A stretch of 64,000 bases of DNA from an uncultured Gemmatimonadales bacterium (GTDB taxonomy: Bacteria; Gemmatimonadota; Gemmatimonadetes; Longimicrobiales; Gaopeijiaceae), in assembly GCA_963809895.1 (NCBI GenBank), contig CAWELD010000003.1, positions 160,001 to 224,000 on the forward strand. Direction: 5' to 3'. Both the position numbers and the translations under genes were made by a program. Positions 20,483-29,340 of this stretch are shown here, one piece after another. The notes beneath the pieces are model-generated. The model searched no databases. It saw only the letters and a program-made list of their open reading frames with translations, and was not told where the DNA came from. How positions within the stretch are numbered: position 1 is the first letter of the stretch; every line of letters starts with the position of its first letter.

Positions 20483-23041
20483 ATGCCGTCTGAGTCCCGC
20501 TCGCTGCCGCCGTTCCCCCCCGAGCCCTTCCTGTTCGATGATCGCATTCCCGACGACCTGCCAGACGCGGGTCTGACGGAGAACGCCCGCATCGTCCTGG
20601 CGAAGCGCTACCTCAAGAAGGACGAGGAGGGGAATCCGGTGGAGGAACCGGAGGTGATGTTCTGGCGGGTGGCCAGGGTCATCGCCGATGCGGATCGGGC
20701 CTACGGGGCGTCGGAGGCCGCCGTGGAAGAGGTGGCGCGTCAGTTCTACGGGCTCATGACGTCGGGCACCTTCGAACCCAACTCGCCGACCCTCATGAAC
20801 GCGGGGCGGCCGCTGGGTCAGCTGTCGGCGTGCTTCGTCCTGCCGGTGGACGACGCCCTCTCCAACGGTCGCTCGGGAATCTACGACACCCTCAAGGCCA
20901 TGGCGCTGGTGCATCAGTCCGGCGGCGGCACGGGCTTCTCCTTCTCCCGGCTGCGTCCCGAGGGCGACACGGTGCGCTCCACCATGGGTGTGGCGTCGGG
21001 ACCGGTGTCGTTCATGAGGCTCTACGACGCCTCCACCGAGGTGGTGAAGCAGGGCGGTACCCGCCGGGGCGCCAACATGGGCATCCTGCGGGTGGACCAT
21101 CCGGACATCCGGCGCTTCATCACCTGCAAGGACGACACCTCGCAGGTGACGAACTTCAACATCTCGGTGGCCATGACCGACCGCTTCATGCAGGCGGTCC
21201 AGGACGGGACCGACTACGACCTGCTGAGCCCGCGCAGCGGTGAGGTCGTCGGCCAGGAGAACGCCCGGGAGATCTTCGACCTCATCGTCCACGGAGCCTG
21301 GAAGACCGGCGAGCCCGGCACCTTCTTCATCGACCGGGCCAACGAGTACAACCCGGTCCCGGCGCTGGGAAGCTACGAGGCCACCAATCCCTGTGGCGAA
21401 CAGCCGCTCCTGGCCTACGACGTGTGCAATCTGGGCAGCGTCAACGTGGGGCGTTTCGTGAAGCTGGACGCCCCGTCCGACCTGCCCGCCGAAGAGCGCA
21501 TCGACTGGGAGGAGCTGCGCCGCGTGGTGCACCTGGCGACGCATTTCCTGGACAACGTCATCGACGCCAACCGCTATCCGCTGGAGGAGATCCACCAGCT
21601 CGCCCACACGATCCGCCGGATCGGCCTGGGCATCATGGGCTGGGCCGACATGCTCGTCCGCCTGGGCATCTCCTACAGCAGCGAAGAAGGCGTCGACATG
21701 GGCCGCAAGGTCATGGCCTTCATCAACGAGGAGTCCCGCATCGCCAGCGAGAAGCTGGCCGAGACGCGCGGGGTCTTCCCGGCGTGGGAGGCCTCGATCT
21801 GGGGGCCCGACGACACCTGCGCCCGTCGGTCCGACGGCACTCGGGTGCGCCCGATGCGTCGCATGAGGAACTGCAACCTCACTACCGTGGCACCCACCGG
21901 CACCATCTCCATCTTCGCCGGCTGCTCCGGAGGGATCGAGCCGCTCTTCGCCGTGGCGTTCATGCGCAACCAGGCGGGCTCGCTCATGCCCGACGTCAAT
22001 CCGGACTTCGTGCGCATGGCCAAGGAGCAGGGCTGGTACTCGGAGGCGCTCATGGAGCGTATCGCCGAGGAGGGCCACATCCACTTCGACGCGGTGCCCG
22101 AGGAAGTGCAGCGGGTCTTCGTCACCGCGCACGACATCACGCCCGAGTGGCACGTGCGCATGCAAGCGGCTTTCCAGGAGCACGTGGACTCGGCCATCTC
22201 CAAGACGACGAACTTCGCGCAGGAAGCCACCGAAGACGACGTCCGGGCCATCTACGAGCTCGCGTTCGAGCTGGGCTGCAAGGGCGTGACGGTCTACCGC
22301 GACGGCTCCCGGCCCATGCAGGTGCTCTCCACGGGCAAGACCGGAAAGTCCGAGGTTACCGCCGAGGCGCAGGCCGAAGCCGCCGAGCTCAGCGGCAAGC
22401 TGGCCGAGGTGGAGCAGCTTCTGGCCGATTCCCGCGAGGAGGCGCACCGCCTGCGCGTCGAGCTGTCCGAGATGAGCGCCACGCTCGAAGACCGCGACGT
22501 CACCGCCGGCGCGGGCCGCCACAAGCGGCAGCGCCCGTCCATGCTCCGCGGGCGCACGGTCAAGATGAACTCGCCGCTGGGCGACCTCTACGTCACGGTC
22601 AACGAAGACGAGAACGGCCGGCCCTTCGAGGTGTTCTGCACGCTGGGCAAGGCGGGCGGCGCGGCCATGGCCGACGCCGAGGCCATCGGCCGACTGGTGT
22701 CGCTGGGACTGCGGTCCGGGATCCCCATCATCTCCATCAAGGACCAGCTCCGGGGCATCTCCTGCGACCGCGCGGTGGGCGTGGGCCCCAACAAGGTCCT
22801 GTCGGCCCCCGACGCCATCGGCCAGGCGCTGGAGCGCTATCTGGAGGAGAAGGAAGGCGTCCAGGAAGCGCTGCCCCTGACCGCGCCTCTCGCCAGTGGC
22901 GGGGCCCAGGCTCAGGCCAGCGCTGCTACCTCGCGGCCCGAGAGCTTCTTCGGCTCGTGCCCCGACTGCGGCGCCGGTCAGCTCTCGTACGAAGAGGGCT
23001 GCGTGAAGTGCCACGTGTGCGGCTACAGCGAGTGCGGCTGA
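20483..23041 (+). CDS. nrdJ: Class II (adenosylcobalamin-dependent) ribonucleotide reductase with C-terminal TSCPD-type domain and Zn ribbon
   Basis: PNSPTLMNAG, QLSACFV, QGGTRRGANMG, ATNPCGEQPL, CNLGS, VAPTGTIS, KGVTVYRDGSR, C-terminal CPDCG...EGCVKCHVCGYSEC; no nrdB adjacent. Confidence 0.95.
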   Translation: MPSESRSLPPFPPEPFLFDDRIPDDLPDAGLTENARIVLAKRYLKKDEEGNPVEEPEVMFWRVARVIADADRAYGASEAAVEEVARQFYGLMTSGTFEPNSPTLMNAGRPLGQLSACFVLPVDDALSNGRSGIYDTLKAMALVHQSGGGTGFSFSRLRPEGDTVRSTMGVASGPVSFMRLYDASTEVVKQGGTRRGANMGILRVDHPDIRRFITCKDDTSQVTNFNISVAMTDRFMQAVQDGTDYDLLSPRSGEVVGQENAREIFDLIVHGAWKTGEPGTFFIDRANEYNPVPALGSYEATNPCGEQPLLAYDVCNLGSVNVGRFVKLDAPSDLPAEERIDWEELRRVVHLATHFLDNVIDANRYPLEEIHQLAHTIRRIGLGIMGWADMLVRLGISYSSEEGVDMGRKVMAFINEESRIASEKLAETRGVFPAWEASIWGPDDTCARRSDGTRVRPMRRMRNCNLTTVAPTGTISIFAGCSGGIEPLFAVAFMRNQAGSLMPDVNPDFVRMAKEQGWYSEALMERIAEEGHIHFDAVPEEVQRVFVTAHDITPEWHVRMQAAFQEHVDSAISKTTNFAQEATEDDVRAIYELAFELGCKGVTVYRDGSRPMQVLSTGKTGKSEVTAEAQAEAAELSGKLAEVEQLLADSREEAHRLRVELSEMSATLEDRDVTAGAGRHKRQRPSMLRGRTVKMNSPLGDLYVTVNEDENGRPFEVFCTLGKAGGAAMADAEAIGRLVSLGLRSGIPIISIKDQLRGISCDRAVGVGPNKVLSAPDAIGQALERYLEEKEGVQEALPLTAPLASGGAQAQASAATSRPESFFGSCPDCGAGQLSYEEGCVKCHVCGYSECG

Positions 23042-23069
23042 GGTCGATCCGCCGCACAGCCTGAGCGAC

Positions 23070-23103
23070 GCCCGTCCCGGAGCTGGACTTCGGGGCGGGC
23101 TTC
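23070..23103 (+). terminator. GC-rich hairpin after nrdJ
   Basis: GCCCGTCCCGGAG / CTTCGGGGCGGGC stem with G-U pairs; weak U tail. Confidence 0.5.
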
Positions 23104-23260
23104 GCGCGTTTCAGCTGAAACGCCCGCGCTGTCGGGGGTGGGCGTTTCCGGGAACCCCGTGTCGCGCATGGCGCGCGCGCCGCGGACCTCGTAAGGTTTT
23201 CGGGACCGTCCTCGCCCGAGGTCGGTGCAGCCCGGATGTCCCTGACCGGTGGGTCCCCGC

Positions 23261-24493
23261 ATGACGAGTCGCGCCGACCTCGAACCCGCCGATGTGGTGC
23301 GCGGACTCTTCCAGTGCATCGAGGAGCGTCGCTGGGACGACGCCTACCGATACATGGACCCCGAGGGCCTCGAGCGGCACTACCTGCAGCGGGCGCGAGA
23401 GGCCGAGACGACCTGGGGCGTTCCGGTCGACACCCCGGAGGACTTTCTCCGCAACGACCCCGGCATGCCGGAGGAGGTCGCGCGATCACTGGCCGAGTCG
23501 TCACGAAGGCGCCGGGAGCGTCTGGAGCACCAACGGCGGCTGCACGGATGGCCCCCGACTCTGGCGGAGCTCGAGGCCATGACCCCGGCGCAGGTGCTGG
23601 GCCTCGCCCTGAAGGCGGCAGACCGTCACGAGCACGTGGGAGCGGGCGAGAGCCCTCCCGAGCCTGACCCGTTCGATGACGACGAGGCCAGGCCCCACCA
23701 TCGGAGGGACGTGGTCGGCGAGGTCGTGCGGGAGCGCAGGGCGTGGGTGGTGTACCTGTCCTACTGGTTGGGGCCGCGCCTCGTCAGCCTGCGTCGTTCC
23801 GATGCTGGATGGGGGGTGCTCCCCTTCGGTGAGGTCTTCGGGCAGAGCTTCTCAGCGAGGCCGGCGGTAGTCGGCGAAGGTATGCATCGCGTGCCTCTGC
23901 CGGTGAGCCAGCCGCCCTGGTCCAGCCGTCGCTTCGAGCAGCAGCTTTCCGTGGAGTTGTTTCCGGCCGTGCTGGAGCGTTTCCGTGGCGCACCCGACCG
24001 TGCGCGTCTCGTGATCCAGGAGACGCTGCCCTGGCTCCGGACCGTGCGGCCCGACGGTCAGTGGTCGATCCAGGAGCATCTCGGGCACCTCCTGGATCTC
24101 GAGGAGTTGGGGGTTCGCAGGCTGGCCAGCTACGAGGAAGGGGCCGACGTGCTGGAGGCCGCCGACAAGACGAACCGCCGCACCCACGAGGCGGATCACA
24201 ACCGGTCCGACCCCAGGGAGCTGTTGGCTCGTTTTCGCCAGGTCCGGATGGAGCTGGTCGCGGCGCTGGCGCGGCTACCGCGGGCTACGCTGGCGCACGC
24301 CGCCCTCCATCCGCGCCTCCAGCGCCGCATGAACGTCGTGGAGTGGGTTCACTTCATGTGTGAGCACGACGACCATCACCTGGCGCGCATGCGGGAGATC
24401 GCCGTCGAGCTCATGGCCCGATGGCGAGCGACACGCCTCTCCGCGGGAGACCGCTCGAACGCCGGACGGGAGGGCGCCCCCGACATCGGTTGA
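23261..24493 (+). CDS. Unknown N-terminal domain fused to a DinB/YfiT-family domain
   Basis: C-terminal half WSIQEHLGHLLDLEEL...HPRL...HFMCEHDDHHLARMREI. Confidence 0.8.
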   Translation: MTSRADLEPADVVRGLFQCIEERRWDDAYRYMDPEGLERHYLQRAREAETTWGVPVDTPEDFLRNDPGMPEEVARSLAESSRRRRERLEHQRRLHGWPPTLAELEAMTPAQVLGLALKAADRHEHVGAGESPPEPDPFDDDEARPHHRRDVVGEVVRERRAWVVYLSYWLGPRLVSLRRSDAGWGVLPFGEVFGQSFSARPAVVGEGMHRVPLPVSQPPWSSRRFEQQLSVELFPAVLERFRGAPDRARLVIQETLPWLRTVRPDGQWSIQEHLGHLLDLEELGVRRLASYEEGADVLEAADKTNRRTHEADHNRSDPRELLARFRQVRMELVAALARLPRATLAHAALHPRLQRRMNVVEWVHFMCEHDDHHLARMREIAVELMARWRATRLSAGDRSNAGREGAPDIG

Positions 24494-24520
24494 CCGCCGG
24501 ACCTCCGCGGTCCCCGCTGG

Positions 24521-25264
24521 CTATGGCAGCAGGGTCAGATCCGAGCGCAGCAGCCACAGCTCACTGTGGGCCCGCACGTCCGACGAGCCCGCGAGGGCCC
24601 GGCGAATCGCTCGCGCCGGATCCGTCGCCGGGTCGTCGAGGCTGGCCAGGCTCGGTCTCCACACCATCACCGTCACCTGGCCGTCGGCCGTGCCCACGGA
24701 GCTGGTGTACACCGTGTAGGGCAGGAGGCCGGCGCCCGGGGCGTCTCGTTTCACCGTGGCAAGCGCTGCTTTGAAGTCGGCCTCGGCCTCGGGGGCCACG
24801 GTGTAGGTGACCACCTGCGCCAAGGGCGGTGGTACCTCCCGCGCCTCCAGCGGTCCTGCGGTGCTCAGGTCGAGCCGGGCCCGCACTGCCCAGCGTCCGG
24901 TGGCTCGCGCATGGTCCGCGAACGAGCGGGCGGCGTGGGCTGCATCCGCGGCCGGGTCCACGCGGCGGTCCAACGCCTCGAACGAAATGCCGAAGGTGCC
25001 GTCCACGAACTCGCCCAGTCTCTGCCCGGCGATGACGTCCCACCCGTACCAGGGCAGCGAATCCCGTCTCGCTCGGTGCCATTGGAGGTGGGCACGATAC
25101 CCCTCGTCGAAGCTCGGCCGTTCACCCTGGTGGGGCCGGTAGGAGAAGAACATGCCGCCAACACCCTGGCCGTGGATCGGGGCGGGCGTGAGCACTACCA
25201 GGACGGCCAGGCAGAGCCCGGCGGGGGTGAGGCCGGTCCGACGCTCTGGCAATGATCGTCGCAT
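24521..25264 (-). CDS. Hypothetical secreted protein, possible NIPSNAP-like alpha+beta barrel
   Basis: Signal peptide then FDEGYRAHLQWH...WYGWDVIAG; two ferredoxin-like repeats each ending R.DL; divergent from LysR. Confidence 0.65.
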   Translation of the reverse strand: MRRSLPERRTGLTPAGLCLAVLVVLTPAPIHGQGVGGMFFSYRPHQGERPSFDEGYRAHLQWHRARRDSLPWYGWDVIAGQRLGEFVDGTFGISFEALDRRVDPAADAAHAARSFADHARATGRWAVRARLDLSTAGPLEAREVPPPLAQVVTYTVAPEAEADFKAALATVKRDAPGAGLLPYTVYTSSVGTADGQVTVMVWRPSLASLDDPATDPARAIRRALAGSSDVRAHSELWLLRSDLTLLP

Positions 25265-25336
25265 GGAGGGATTCTCGGGTTTGGAGGGCAGGCTTGCGGA
25301 GGTGTCAGGACCGCCAGATAATGGGCGTATATAGAA

Positions 25337-25368
25337 ATAAGTTGGCCAATTTATCAATTCCATAAATG
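25337..25368. promoter_or_regulatory. LysR-type binding region in the divergent promoter
   Basis: Near-perfect palindrome ATAAGTTGGCCAATTTAT then ATCAATTCCATAAAT, in an AT-rich patch abutting the LysR start. Confidence 0.6.
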
Positions 25369-26292
25369 GATCCTATGGAAACCGCGGGCCCGGAACTCCC
25401 CTACCTCGAAGTCTTCCGGGCCGTGTGCCACGAGGGAGGATTCACCGCCGCGGCCCGGCGTCTGGGATGTAGCCAGCCGGCGGTGTCGTACCAGATCCGC
25501 AAGCTGGAGGAGATCGTGGGCCTCGAGCTGGTGGAACGGGACGGTCGCCGCCTGGTGCTGACACCGGCCGGACGGCGATTCCGGGTGCTGGCCGACGACG
25601 TCTTCGCCGAGCTCGCCAGGGTGCGGCGTGAGTGCGTTGCGGGACGACGCCTGGAACCGCTCCGCTTGGGCTCGGTGAGCGGGTTCGGGCGGTATGTGGT
25701 GATGCCGGCACTCCATCGACTTCGAGCCGAGGAGGAGGGCGATGGGCCCGAGGTCCGCCTGCAGTACGAGGCCGCCGACGTCCTCCTCGAGCGTCTGGAA
25801 GAAGGCGCGTACGAAGGCGCATTCGTCTACAAGCGAAGGATCACCAGCGGCGTGAGCTTCCGGCGCGTGTACGACGAGGAACTGGTCCTCGTCGCCAGTC
25901 GGGAACGAGCGGTGGAGGTCCGAGCGGGCGGTCTCGACCGCGTGGCGACGTTCGAGGCGGCGCCCTTCGTCACCTACGAGGAGTGCGACTACGTGTTCGG
26001 CCGCTGGTTCGACGAGACCTTCGGCGTCCAGCCGTCGCGGATCCTGAGCCGCTCCCACTTCACCGAGTTGGAGGAAGTCCTGGACTTCGTGTCCGCGGGC
26101 GCCGGGCTGTCGGTGGTGCCGAGGGATTCTGCCGAGGCCTGGTGTGCGCGGGACGAGGTCGAGATCCTCTACGCGGGTTCCGGGAATCCCTGCCTCAACC
26201 GGGTCTTTCTCGCCACGCGGCCGGGCTCCGAGGTGCGGCCGCTGCTCCGCCGTCTCGTGGAGTTGCTCGGAAGCGGACCGCGTCCAGGCTGA
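25366..26292 (+). CDS. LysR-family transcriptional regulator
   Basis: FRAVCHEGGFTAAARRLGCSQPAVSYQIRKLEE..G..LVER.GRRLVLTPAG. Confidence 0.95.
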   Translation: MDPMETAGPELPYLEVFRAVCHEGGFTAAARRLGCSQPAVSYQIRKLEEIVGLELVERDGRRLVLTPAGRRFRVLADDVFAELARVRRECVAGRRLEPLRLGSVSGFGRYVVMPALHRLRAEEEGDGPEVRLQYEAADVLLERLEEGAYEGAFVYKRRITSGVSFRRVYDEELVLVASRERAVEVRAGGLDRVATFEAAPFVTYEECDYVFGRWFDETFGVQPSRILSRSHFTELEEVLDFVSAGAGLSVVPRDSAEAWCARDEVEILYAGSGNPCLNRVFLATRPGSEVRPLLRRLVELLGSGPRPG

Positions 26293-26370
26293 ACCCGGCT
26301 GGGCCGTCACCCAACCCGATCCGCGCCTCTCCAGGGGACGCGCCTTTCCACTGCTTCCAGGAACGCCATC

Positions 26371-27798
26371 GTGCCCGCAGCCCCGATCCTGCCTCGTCGC
26401 GAAGAGCTGACTCCCGTGCTGGAACGGGTGATGGCGGACGCGCTCCGGTATCTTTCGGACCTCGACGAGCGGCCCGTCCTCGACCCCGCCGCCGGCGAGG
26501 TCATGCGGACTTTCCGTCGTCCGTTGCCCGCAGACGGCGTGGGCGCGGCCGAGGCGCTGCGGGAGCTCCTCGAGAGAGGCCTCGACGCCACCGCCGCCAC
26601 CTCCGGGCCGCGCTTCTTCCACTGGGTCACGGGGGGCACGACTCCCGCGGCGTTGGGCGCGGATTGGGTCACCGGCGTTCTGGATCAGCAGGGCTATGCC
26701 TGGTACGGGTCACCCCTGGCCGTGGAGCTGGAGGTGTTGTCGCTGGATTGGCTCAAGGAGCTGTTCGGCCTCCCCGCGGCCTGGACGGGCATCACCACGA
26801 CCGGTGCCAGCATGGCGAACTTCGTGGGCCTGGGAGCCGCTCGGCAGTGGTGGGGGCACCGACAAGGGAGTGACGTGGCGCAGGATGGACTCACCGGCCT
26901 GCCTGCCATGCCCGTGTTCTGTGGTGGCTACATCCACGCCAGTGCGGTGAAGGTGCTGGCGCTGCTGGGCACCGGCCGGTCCGGGGTGCGGCGACTCGTG
27001 CGCGACGACGTCGGGAGGATCGATCTCGCCGCCGTCGAGGCCGAGTTGAAGGCCCTGGACGGCTCGCCGGCCATCCTCGTCGCGGGGGCCGGCGAGGTCA
27101 ACGCCGGCGAGTTCGATCCCATCGACGCCATGGCCGACCTCGCCGAGGAGTACGGCGCGTGGTTGCACGTGGACGGCGCCTTCGGACTCTTCGCCGCCCT
27201 CTCGCCGCGTACCGCCCACCTCGTGAAGGGAGTCGAGCGAGCGCACTCCGTCACGGTCGACGGCCACAAGTGGTTGAACGTGCCCTACGATTGCGGGTTC
27301 GCCTTCGTGCACCACCGGCGCTGGATGGCCGAGACGTTCGCCTACGACGCCGAGTACCTCTTCGATCCCTCCGACCCGCATCCCGTCATGGGAGGGCTGG
27401 GGCCCGAAAGCTCACGCAGGGCTCGGTCGCTGGCGGTGTGGGCGACCCTGCGAGCCTACGGGCGCGAAGGCTACCGGAGCATGGTGGAGGATCACCTGGA
27501 TCTGGCCCGGGACCTCGCGGAGCTGGTCGATGCGGCGCCGGAGCTCGAGCGCCTGGCCGACGTCCCCCTCAACATCGTGTGCTTCCGCTTCAACCCCGGC
27601 ACCGTGCCCGACGACGAGCTGGATGCGCTGAACCGCGCGCTGGGGCAGCGGATCCTCGACGATGGTCGGGTCTTCGCCGGAACCACCCGCTACGCCGGGC
27701 GGGTGGCGCTGCGCCCCTGCATCGTGAATTGGCGGACGCGAGCGGACGACGTGGCCTTCTTCGTCGAGGTCGTGCGGGAGCTCGCCGCCGGGCTGTAA
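26371..27798 (+). CDS. PLP-dependent group II amino-acid decarboxylase
   Basis: PRFFHWVTGG, TTGASMANF, AWLHVDGAFG, VDGHKWLNVPYDCG (PLP Lys), NIVCFR. Confidence 0.93.
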   Translation: MPAAPILPRREELTPVLERVMADALRYLSDLDERPVLDPAAGEVMRTFRRPLPADGVGAAEALRELLERGLDATAATSGPRFFHWVTGGTTPAALGADWVTGVLDQQGYAWYGSPLAVELEVLSLDWLKELFGLPAAWTGITTTGASMANFVGLGAARQWWGHRQGSDVAQDGLTGLPAMPVFCGGYIHASAVKVLALLGTGRSGVRRLVRDDVGRIDLAAVEAELKALDGSPAILVAGAGEVNAGEFDPIDAMADLAEEYGAWLHVDGAFGLFAALSPRTAHLVKGVERAHSVTVDGHKWLNVPYDCGFAFVHHRRWMAETFAYDAEYLFDPSDPHPVMGGLGPESSRRARSLAVWATLRAYGREGYRSMVEDHLDLARDLAELVDAAPELERLADVPLNIVCFRFNPGTVPDDELDALNRALGQRILDDGRVFAGTTRYAGRVALRPCIVNWRTRADDVAFFVEVVRELAAGL

Positions 27799-27819
27799 TC
27801 CCCTACCCGAGAAGGGTGC

Positions 27820-27863
27820 TGCGACGCCTCTGAGATGTTCGTGAGACGTCGTGCGCGAATCCT
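27820..27863 (+). promoter_or_regulatory. SARP-type direct repeats (11-bp period) with a -10-like hexamer upstream of 27902
   Basis: TGCGACG (27820), TGAGATG (27831), TGAGACG (27842), 9 nt, AATCCT (27858); GGAGG RBS at 27892. Confidence 0.75.
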
Positions 27864-27901
27864 GTCAGGCCCTGGAACCCTCACCCTGACCGGAGGCAGC
27901 C

Positions 27902-29230
27902 ATGCCCGACGACCACGACATCGCGACGCTTCAGGACCTGGAGTGCTGCCCGAAGCTCGCCAAGGTGCCCACCTGCGACGTCCTCGACTTCCGCTACCGG
28001 CTTCCGTGGCGGCGGCAGGAGGGCCGTGTGGACGTGATCCTCCACTTCCGCCTGGAGCGATGCTCGGGACCCCTGGCGCTGGGGGACCTGGCGTACAGCA
28101 CCACGCTGTTCCCGGGCGAGCGCGTGCGCCTGTTCACCAGCGACCGGCACACGCGTTGGACCTACGATTCCGAGACGGAGCTGGCGTACCGCCACGAGAC
28201 CACCTCGGAGGAATCCTTCTACACCTTCGGCATGGCCCGCGCCATGAGCGACCTCTCCATCAGCGAGTCGGGGAGCTCGTCGAGCAGCCACGACGAGGAC
28301 TGGGCCTCGGGTGGCGGAGGCGCGTCGTTCAGCTTCCTCGGCATCATCAACATCGGTGGCGGAGGTGGAGGCGGAAGCTACGACGCCGATTCCAGCAGCC
28401 AGTTCGCCCGCAACCTGTCGCGCCACGCCGAGTCCTCGTCGAGCTACGTGGCCGCGGGCGTCCGCGCTCAGAGCACCACGTCGGTGGGCGAGGTTCAGCA
28501 ACGCAGCCACGCGGAAGGCGAATCGGAGTCCCACCTGGAGTCCGCGTCGCGGGTCTTCAGCAATCCCAACCGCTGCCACGCCGTCACCTACCTGTTCTAC
28601 AAGCTCATCAAGCAGCAGACCATCCGCTTCAGACTGGTGGCCATCGAGCGCGTGTTGGCCGATCCCTCCGCTCCCACGGCGCCGGATCGCACGCTCAAGC
28701 CCGACGTCGCAGGTGCCGTGGCGGTCCGTCCCCAGGCCGTGCTCGCCACCGCCAAGGATCGCGTGGAGGTGGAGCGGGTGGCCCGGGTGGCCGCGGCCGA
28801 GCGTCGCCAGGCGAGCCTGGGCCTGACCAGCGATGCCGTCGCGTTCGCCGGGGCGTCGCTGCGAGCCAACGCCTTTGCCGGTGAGCCGGCATCGGCGGCC
28901 GCGCGGGCCAAGGCCCTCGAGGCGGTGGACAAGGAGCTCGCCAAGGCCGGCCTGATCGACCGCGAAACCGGCGAGCCCACCGAGAAGATCATCGCCGACC
29001 TGTCGTGGGAGCGGGAGGAATGGCTCCCCACGCCGGGGCTCCTGGTAAAGGGGTGTCTGGACGCGTGCGGCACGTGCGAGCCGGCGCTGAAGAAGCAGAT
29101 CGAGCAGGAGCTGGAGCATCAGCGGCTCGAGAACGAGCTGCTCAAGCGCCAGATCGAGCTGCTGGACCAGGCCCAGGAGTATCGTTGCTGCCCCTCCGAC
29201 GAGGAGGAGGACACCGACGGCGATCACTGA
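27902..29230 (+). CDS. Hypothetical 442-aa protein, candidate beta-pore-forming protein
   Basis: Good RBS; Ser-rich segment with Gly-flanked hydrophobic tip; 10 Cys; C-terminal coiled coil. CDS is solid, function is inference. Confidence 0.85.
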   Translation: MPDDHDIATLQDLECCPKLAKVPTCDVLDFRYRLPWRRQEGRVDVILHFRLERCSGPLALGDLAYSTTLFPGERVRLFTSDRHTRWTYDSETELAYRHETTSEESFYTFGMARAMSDLSISESGSSSSSHDEDWASGGGGASFSFLGIINIGGGGGGGSYDADSSSQFARNLSRHAESSSSYVAAGVRAQSTTSVGEVQQRSHAEGESESHLESASRVFSNPNRCHAVTYLFYKLIKQQTIRFRLVAIERVLADPSAPTAPDRTLKPDVAGAVAVRPQAVLATAKDRVEVERVARVAAAERRQASLGLTSDAVAFAGASLRANAFAGEPASAAARAKALEAVDKELAKAGLIDRETGEPTEKIIADLSWEREEWLPTPGLLVKGCLDACGTCEPALKKQIEQELEHQRLENELLKRQIELLDQAQEYRCCPSDEEEDTDGDH

Positions 29231-29245
29231 TCCTCCGTCTCGAAC

Positions 29246-29314
29246 CGGGCGGTCTTCGAGGGCCGCCCGTGCACCGAGCCCCCGGCAGCCGCGTCCGGCC
29301 GCCGGGGGCTCGGT
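29246..29314. terminator. Two hairpins between convergent genes, probable bidirectional terminator
   Basis: CGGGCGGTC/GGCCGCCCG (29246-29269) and ACCGAGCCCCCGGC/GCCGGGGGCTCGGT (29273-29314). Confidence 0.65.
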
Positions 29315-29340
29315 CTTCCCGCCCGGGCTGGTGCGCCGGG

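Noticed and set aside
20426..23014. 862-aa antisense ORF over nrdJ (likewise 14061..16787, 16857..19082, 52322..54193, 56869..58701, 60320..63385)
   Set aside because: Shadow ORFs expected opposite real genes in high-GC DNA; no recognisable motifs
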